A DNA stretch of 55,692 nt, counting the filler, from Catajapyx aquilonaris (lineage: Eukaryota): NCBI GenBank assembly GCA_000934665.2. It is 2 parts of 2 records of this genome, joined end to end, with 100 filler letters (N's around TTAATTAATTAA, not from the genome) between each part and the next. Parts side by side here need not be neighbours in the genome. Positions count along the whole stretch, not along the records: positions 27,876 to 55,692 come from JYFJ02005007.1; 1 more part is not named here. The stretch is one strand, 5' to 3'. This document shows, in pieces, positions 49,040 through 55,692 of the stretch (position 1 is its first letter; each line of letters begins with the position of its first letter). A model generated the notes under the pieces. That model was given only the letters and a program-made list of their open reading frames with translations. It was not told the DNA's origin and did no database searches. Position numbers and translations under genes: made by a program.

Positions 49040-49706
49040 TCATGGGTCCATATCATAAATCCCACAGTAGTACTGTTCAAGAAACTCGAAAAAAATAATC
49101 AAGTTTTCATCATAGTTTATGTTGAAGATGTGGTGCACTTTGATTAATAGGTCCAATGACCTCAGAAAGGATGTTCCCACTTCCATTAATTTATGATCCA
49201 GGACCGAAAAGTATTTCGGTGGGTTTTTAATTGACACATCAGAATGTATGGCTGAAGCAGCCATCACTTTTGTTGGCTGCCACCTCTTCAATATTTTCAT
49301 CCACCTGAAGAACAATAATTCGCATTAGACCTTTACTATACATTTTCAATAAAACATGGTTGCTGACGCAATACTCCCGCACTCTCCCAAGCAGTACACA
49401 ATCATGTATACCTATTTTGTCACAAACAATTGAACAAAAATGGATGTGATTATAGCGACTGCGGCACCCGAACCCTCTTGCTTATCATTGACGCAGCCAA
49501 AACTCTAATTGAGTGGAAAAATAACTCTAAAGGAGTGCAAAAGTTTTTGAGCAATAATCCCGGATAATTCACTCGACCGTTGAGTTAAAAATGTGAATGC
49601 ATTTGAGTGGGTAGTACTCACATTCCCCTTGAAAACTACTCAAATTGAGTAATTAACATTTTTGCTCAAATTTTGAGAGATTTTGCACTCAAAATATTTT
49701 ACAGAG
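49040..49706 (-). mobile_element. Degenerate CACTA/EnSpm-like fragment
   Basis: ORF 49040-49315 has SLDLLIKVHHIFNINYD...FFEFLEQYY, resembling the C-terminus of the accessory ORF of animal EnSpm-type elements; short ACTC/GAGT subterminal repeats at 49500-49700 end in TTTACAGAG, similar to a CACTGTAAA terminus. Confidence 0.4.
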
Positions 49707-50439
49707 ATATAATACTGTATTGTCACTGAAATTAATGCAGATATTTATTTAACTTCTGGGACTGCATGAGACCCTTTACCAAAAAGACGAATCGAGCTGT
49801 ATTGTCATACATTCCTCATGAACAGTGTTTGGGATGCAACCAGAACTCTCTCTACATATACCTCATTACAGACGGACAATTGCTACTTTGGGAAAGATGG
49901 CAACAAGAATGATAGACCAAAATCTAATACGAAGCAACTGGGACAGAGGGTAACAAATTAATGCAATTACACTACTATTAGTTGCAAACAGCACATTTTT
50001 TTTCTGCTGGTCAGAAGAAATAAAAATCAAAGGAAGGTAATATTCTCCGAAAACTTGTGCCTTGCACATGCTTTATTTCTATAGTAGAATAACTGCGCAG
50101 TACTAATATGCAATACATCATATTTATTAGCATGAAATTAAGATTGTATTTTGAAATAGCAGATCAGGTGTAAGTCTTATTCGACCTCCATCTGGCCTTG
50201 AGAATCGCAATGCAATATAAGCTAGTCGGCATTTCCCCATATTGGTCGTGATCTTACCCAGTGTCAGGAGAATGCATTATGTATACTTATTATATAATAT
50301 TATAGTGATTATTCTCTCTTCCAACATTCTTCTTGCAAAGTACGCAATATAAGCCTCTTTGCAACATGAAACACACGTGATCAGGAATATTGTTACACCA
50401 TCGGATAGGTTATGAATATTATCACTCGTAATTAAAGCA

Positions 50440-50740
50440 CTAGAAAAACCCTCGCTTCGCTCAAATTTTTCTAGGGCGCAGCCCTACAGCGACGCTCGCT
50501 TCGCTCTCTTGTTCTGCGCCTGCGACCTGTGTGATGGCGGAGGCCCGCAGTATCGAAAATACGGTTCCACCACCCATTGCGCATGCTCGGAACGGGGGCC
50601 AATCGGAAGCGTCATACTATCAATGCGTCGCAGTAACAATGGGCGGGGGCCAATCGTAACGTGGCGGTAAATACAACAATATGCGGGCGGACCAATCAGA
50701 GGGCTTATACACACATCGCAAGAATTTTAATATAATATTA
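50440..50740 (-). mobile_element. Probable short non-autonomous Helitron-like element
   Basis: Minus-strand 3' end GAGCGAAGCGAGGGTTTTTCTAG|T; repeated CTCGCTTCGCTC and GGGCCAATC motifs; GC-rich island in AT-rich DNA. Confidence 0.45.
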
Positions 50741-51020
50741 TAATTATACATATTATATCACATTTATTAAAAATGAGGATGACCATCTCATAGAGCATAA
50801 ATATATCTTTCAAATGTACATATCATAGACAATATGTGAGATTTGACCTGACCTGCTAAGAGCTATGGCCGTCTAAGAGACAGCGAACGAACGGAACAAC
50901 AATGCTCGAATATGAGCACATTTGACACTCTGTCGTTTTGCAACCACATGTCGTAGATCCAAACAATCTTGGTTATACGTAGCCTAAGCCTATATACATA
51001 CATGAATGGGCACTACAACA

Positions 51021-51339
51021 TCTCTATCTCTATAAATAAGGAAGTTTGTCAGTTTGTCAATTTGGATGTTTGTCCCTTATAGAAATCCGGGGGAAGGCCC
51101 CTACACCGCCTTAAATTAGCATATCGGGAGTTACATTTTTCAAGGAATTTAATGCCGCATGTTTCAGCTTCCGAAAATGAACCCAACACCCATAACACCT
51201 GCCCATAACACGCATATTCCCAATTAACCAATTGCCAATTACCTATTTAACAATATTCATAGATTTCCATGGTAATGCCCTCATTACATTGTAGGCCTGC
51301 CACCATAACTTACCCGGGCAACGCCGGGTAACCTGCTAG
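51021..51339 (+). mobile_element. Non-autonomous Helitron (same family as 7043-7957)
   Basis: A|TCTCTATCTCTATA start; 3' hairpin TTACCCGGGCAACGCCGGGTAA, then CTAG|T; no TSD. Confidence 0.8.
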
Positions 51340-51753
51340 TACCCGAATATATTTGGTCAAGATCGGAGAAGGTCATGACAATAAAGGGTGGTCCATTTGA
51401 CGTGGAATGTCTCATTTAGTGGCCATAAAAAATTATTTTCACATTTGGTCGAGTGTATAAAACAATATATTATTAACCTTTCATATCAGGAATTACAAGG
51501 GATGTATGAGATAATAGTTACCGTACTTCATTGAATCACTGGATAAGTCAGTAGCTATAGTGTAACTCTTTACTTGCCAGTCAGACCATCCCACTTTGAT
51601 TTAAGAAGTTGCCTATTCGTCGTAAATGAAATTGCTAATTGAATCGCACACTTGGTAGTTGCAGAGGGTAATCATTGTGACATGGATATGACTTTAAAAG
51701 GGTGTTAAGGCTTGTGTTAAGGGCTGACCAGCCACATGATATGACTGTCTCGC

Positions 51754-51892
51754 CATCTGCTGGACTGTGGTCAGTTACTTCTTCCACCACAGGTATACTT
51801 GTGATACCCCAGGCCAGACAGGAGATAATAGGAGAACATGCGAATTCATGAGCACGTGAACAAACGCGTTCAAAAGGAAGAGTAATATCCAC
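51754..51892 (-). pseudogene. ELOVL exon-6 relic G
   Basis: TTTCAG|GTGGA...TTTGAACGCGTTTGTTCACGTGCTCATG...GTATCACAAGTATACCTGTGGTGGAAGAAGTAACTGACCACAG with frameshifts; lies in block 51610-52434, which is duplicated at 47470-48071. Confidence 0.75.
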
Positions 51893-52858
51893 CTGAAATG
51901 AGAAGGTATTGACTACCATGCAGAAATATTACTTTAAAAAGTTAATCCCCATATCTGCAGCTTTGTGTCATAAACTTACAACAGAAAGAAGCATAATTAT
52001 ATCGAAAAGGAATAATACTCAACTTTCGTAACACCCTGTATGTTTTATTATGTAAAGGGGCGATATATGTGTCTGCGAATGCAAAAATGGCTAATGACTC
52101 ATGCACTATGCAGCAATCCGGATAATGTTGCATAATTTGCAGATGAAAGACGGGTTGAGAGTGGCTGTGCAGAAATTACCTGGTGGTGACGTAACTTTGT
52201 AGTGTCTTGACCTTGATCAGTATGATGAAATTACAAGTGTTTTAATTAACATTATTATGGTCAGAGGAGGCCTAATAAGAGCCCATAGTAATGTGAGAGT
52301 CGGCGCGGTTGTATACCATGGGATCCTGGAAATATTGCGCATTTGGCATAAAAACGATATAATTATGATGCTTGTAAATAAGTTTTCCATGGATCTATCG
52401 TGTATTGAGTATTAAGCAATAACAAGAACATTTGCCTTCTTATTGCAAGAATAGGAAATGGGGGGGGGGGGGGGGTNGGGATAGCTGCTGCTCTCCGTCT
52501 CCGTACTGTGGATTTTGGTTATGTACTGTACATAATAATTACACTAAATGTAAAATGCGTTCTTTTTGTTGCTGATAATTTTTCAGATTTGTGACAAAGG
52601 CTTTTACATTTGAAACAATAGTTACTCACACTCCCTGACTTACAGCATTATAGATCTGTCACCACCATGAGTGTAACATGATTCCAATAGGCTTATGTAA
52701 AGAGCTGTTTTACTCTCATTTGGGAGTATGAAAATACCTGATGACTTATGCTTTTGCAAACCGGATTATTTCACACCATAACACTAGTTAATGGGGAAGT
52801 CTCAATCAAAAAAGGAAGAAGGAGCATCCCTAATAATATTCATTTGTTTGCATTGGAT

Positions 52859-54766
52859 CTAGTGCTTGATATATTTTGACGTATCATTCTTGTTGTCATC
52901 GGTCATGTCGTTGCAATATTGTCCTTCTGTAATGAGAAAAACTGTTTCGTCGCAAACATTTTGCACAACACATACTATGACACATTCCATGTTGCAATTT
53001 TTGAAATGAAAACTCACTCTGAATTGCTCCTACTTTGAAACAAGTGTACTTGTCCACGTATGAAGACAGGCTGGGCATGTCCTGTAAAGACATGTATACA
53101 GTAACTCGTTGTATACTTTAGATGACAAATGAAACTAGTACAGGCGACATACCTTGGCGCCTTTCCTTTCGTATGACTGCAGGTAGAAATTTAAGAATAA
53201 GACGAAGAAGACAGGCGTCCAAATAAAAGTGAACATTTTGGGGAACCACGGATAATCGCACTCGATGAAAAGAAGCTGACCCTGATGAACAGCCAGCAAG
53301 GTGAACTGGACCTTTTTATGAGAGTTGTCGAATCAGTTTTTGCAGAACATGCTACATGTAAGTACGTAATGTCCGTTTCAATTAGCGGCTTTTCGGACTA
53401 AATAGCTGCTTTTAAGAAGTTAAATGTAAAGCCCAAAACATACTAATAAATATATCGTAATTATTATTATGTTAGGTAGATAAGAATAAATTCATTCAGG
53501 TCATGAAATGCAAGATAAGCTAAAGTTAACATTCTGGAACATTGGAATTCTAAGACAACAGTTCTTGTAGTACCCGCTACTTGTCTGATGGACATTCCAG
53601 CTAGCTTTAGGAATTCGTCGCGTCTAGTTCCTCCTAATAGCTAATATGCAAAATAGCTGATTCTAAAAGAAACTGATTGAAACTGCTAATTGAATCGCAC
53701 ACTTGGTAGTTGCATGACTCGATGACTTGAAGTATCTCACCATCTGGATGGCGGTAAGGTACTTTTTCCACCAGAGGTACTTGTGGTATCCCAGACCAGC
53801 CAGAAAGTAATACGAGTACATCAGCACGTGAACAAACGAGTTGCAGAGACAGAGGAATGACGTGTGTCCCCCTGAAATTAGAAGGTAATGACTATCAGGC
53901 AGAAATATTTGCATACTTTAAAAAGGTGAGCCTCATACCTACAACAAATTTGAATCCATACCATACAATAAAAGGCATGGCGGCATGGTGGATCACATGA
54001 AGAAAAGTCATCTGGTCGTACTTTTTCCTAAGCACGAAGAACACCTGAAATGGACGAGGTATTTTGATAGCTCCTCGTACAATGATTAATATAATTGGGC
54101 ATTGTTGTGTTCCTTACAGTGTCGGACCAGTCGATCAGCTTGGAAATGTAGAACAGCCAGCCAGCTTGAACCATCTGCAACAGAAACACTTATAGTTACT
54201 ACGCTCAGAAGTTTGCAAACATATTAGTAACTTACGGCCATGGCCTGTGGACTTCTGGAGTAGTCCACTGGCTGGCAAGTGAAGCTGTAGGAAGTGAACC
54301 AGCCTCCCTTGATGCACTACATGGAATCAAAGCATAGAGAAATGTGCCATTCAACTGATCACAAAATGAGCCACTATACATTACTGTCACTTAATTGTCA
54401 CTGACCAGAGTGATTATCAAGGCGTTGGAGATCACTTGGAAGGCGTTATACGCGGTCACTAATTTAGTGAGCTTCATTGGTGGTCTACCCACCATTAGTC
54501 TCGGAATTACATAACACACTAGAAGTATGTATCCGAATATGGCTGCCAAAAGGGCGTACATGTGACCAGTCAATGGCAGCTCCATCACTCGGGGATCTGA
54601 AATTAATTAATAATTCGTAGATGAATTGTAATACACTAATACTGTAGAACGATATAATGAACAATGCAGTACCTTCATCCTCGTAAAATACGTAGTTGTA
54701 CCATTGCTTCGTGTAAGTCCCCAGAGCAATGTTGTTTTCTGCAGACGTCGTCGTGTTGCCAGCCAT
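52859..54766 (-). CDS. ELOVL: ELOVL elongase copy H (316 aa, 9 exons, intact)
   Basis: Exons 54766-54673, 54596-54406, 54316-54236, 54174-54118, 54044-53939, 53871-53741, 53311-53153, 53081-53018, 52926-52859 (951 nt, open). FLHVIHH, GGHTSF, NSFVHVLMYSYY, WWKKYLTAIQM; ends ...TSKYIKH*. Confidence 0.88.
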
Positions 54767-55624
54767 TGTCGTTTCCACTTGTCCTGAGCTAATTATTATG
54801 GTTCCAGGCTGGCTATATGCGGAAAGCAGTTCACTGAAGCTGTGTGGGAAGTAATATTGTAAGAAGTGTAATCAACCAGTGATCATGCCTCACAAACCAC
54901 TGAGTTACGCACTTCACGTGCAAGTAATATGCTTTTAACGAGCTCGTTATGTATGCTTTTAACGAGGTCATTGTTTTTATTTGGTCGCCGGAAAAAAAAC
55001 TCTCGGTGTAGGATATATACTCATGCACAATATACGGTATGTAACGTATGTTGTAACCTGCAACGCTGGCAATATTTCGCATTTTGCAGAAAAACAATAA
55101 TATATCTATGGTCGTCATGAATAGGTTTTCCTGGGATAAAATCGCATGCAATTGAAAGTAACCATCGTTCATTGAGCAATACTTAAGCAACAACAAGAAC
55201 AGTTTGTGTTTTTATCGCAAGAATAAGGGAAGATGAGGCAACAGCTGTTCCCCGTCTCTTGTACTGTGGATTTGGGCAGTGAAATGATTATATCTGCATA
55301 TATAGATGCCCTTTTAAAGCTTTTCATTGTTGTTCTCACGCTTTGTAAGAGACCGAACACTCAAGCATGTACACATTCTTTGACTTACGTACATCATTAG
55401 CTTGTAGAGGGTGGAATGGAATGAGTGTCATTCCTCTTCGAATCAGGCTTTATGAGCATTTATATATGGCTAAATTATCCCAGTTCATTTAGGCGGTTTC
55501 CCTTTCACCATAAATATTTTTCTAGATTGTTAAGTTTTGAATCGCACTATATTCGCTGGTGATGTCTCATCCTGCTAAGTCCGTATGGTTCATATTTTGG
55601 TGACCCTTTACGGAATCTCGTGTT

Positions 55625-55668
55625 GGCCCTGAAAAGGGCCGTTTGTAATGCTGGTCCTGAAAAGGACC
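55625..55668 (-). promoter_or_regulatory. Two tandem replication-dependent histone mRNA 3' stem-loops
   Basis: Minus strand CAAC-GGTCCTTTTCAGGACC-AGCATTAC-AAAC-GGCCCTTTTCAGGGCC-AACAC; both fit the 16-nt GGYYCTTTTCAGRRCC consensus with A/C-rich flanks (55653-55668, 55625-55640). Confidence 0.85.
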
Positions 55669-55692
55669 GTTGACTGATGTGCTGCTGCGGCT

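Overview
Eukaryotic, most likely arthropod/insect, genomic DNA (short GT-AG introns, SINEs, MITEs, Helitrons); every gene found is on the minus strand. Left to right: (1) two intact tandem fatty acyl-CoA reductase (FAR) genes, each 4 exons/513 aa (1126-3074, 5021-8360); (2) a BCOR/BCORL1-type corepressor gene (10658-20075; 5 coding exons, ~2247 aa); (3) an artificial 100-nt scaffold spacer (27776-27875); (4) a tandem array of very-long-chain fatty-acid elongase (ELOVL) genes: four full 9-exon copies (two intact, one with a stop in its last exon, one with an exon-2 nonsense codon) and four relics; (5) two tandem histone-mRNA 3' stem-loops at the extreme right end. The best candidate 'system' is the co-localisation of an expanding ELOVL array with a FAR pair, i.e. 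consecutive steps of wax/cuticular-lipid synthesis; this linkage spans an unsized assembly gap and is inference. Also notable: an ELOVL C-terminal tail on two extra exons, kept in one copy by compensating frameshifts; a Ginger2-like element with ~440-bp palindrome-rich TIRs; a perfect double fold-back hairpin; and a solo LTR with its empty site in a paralogous block. All exon boundaries were read by eye; no database searches were run.
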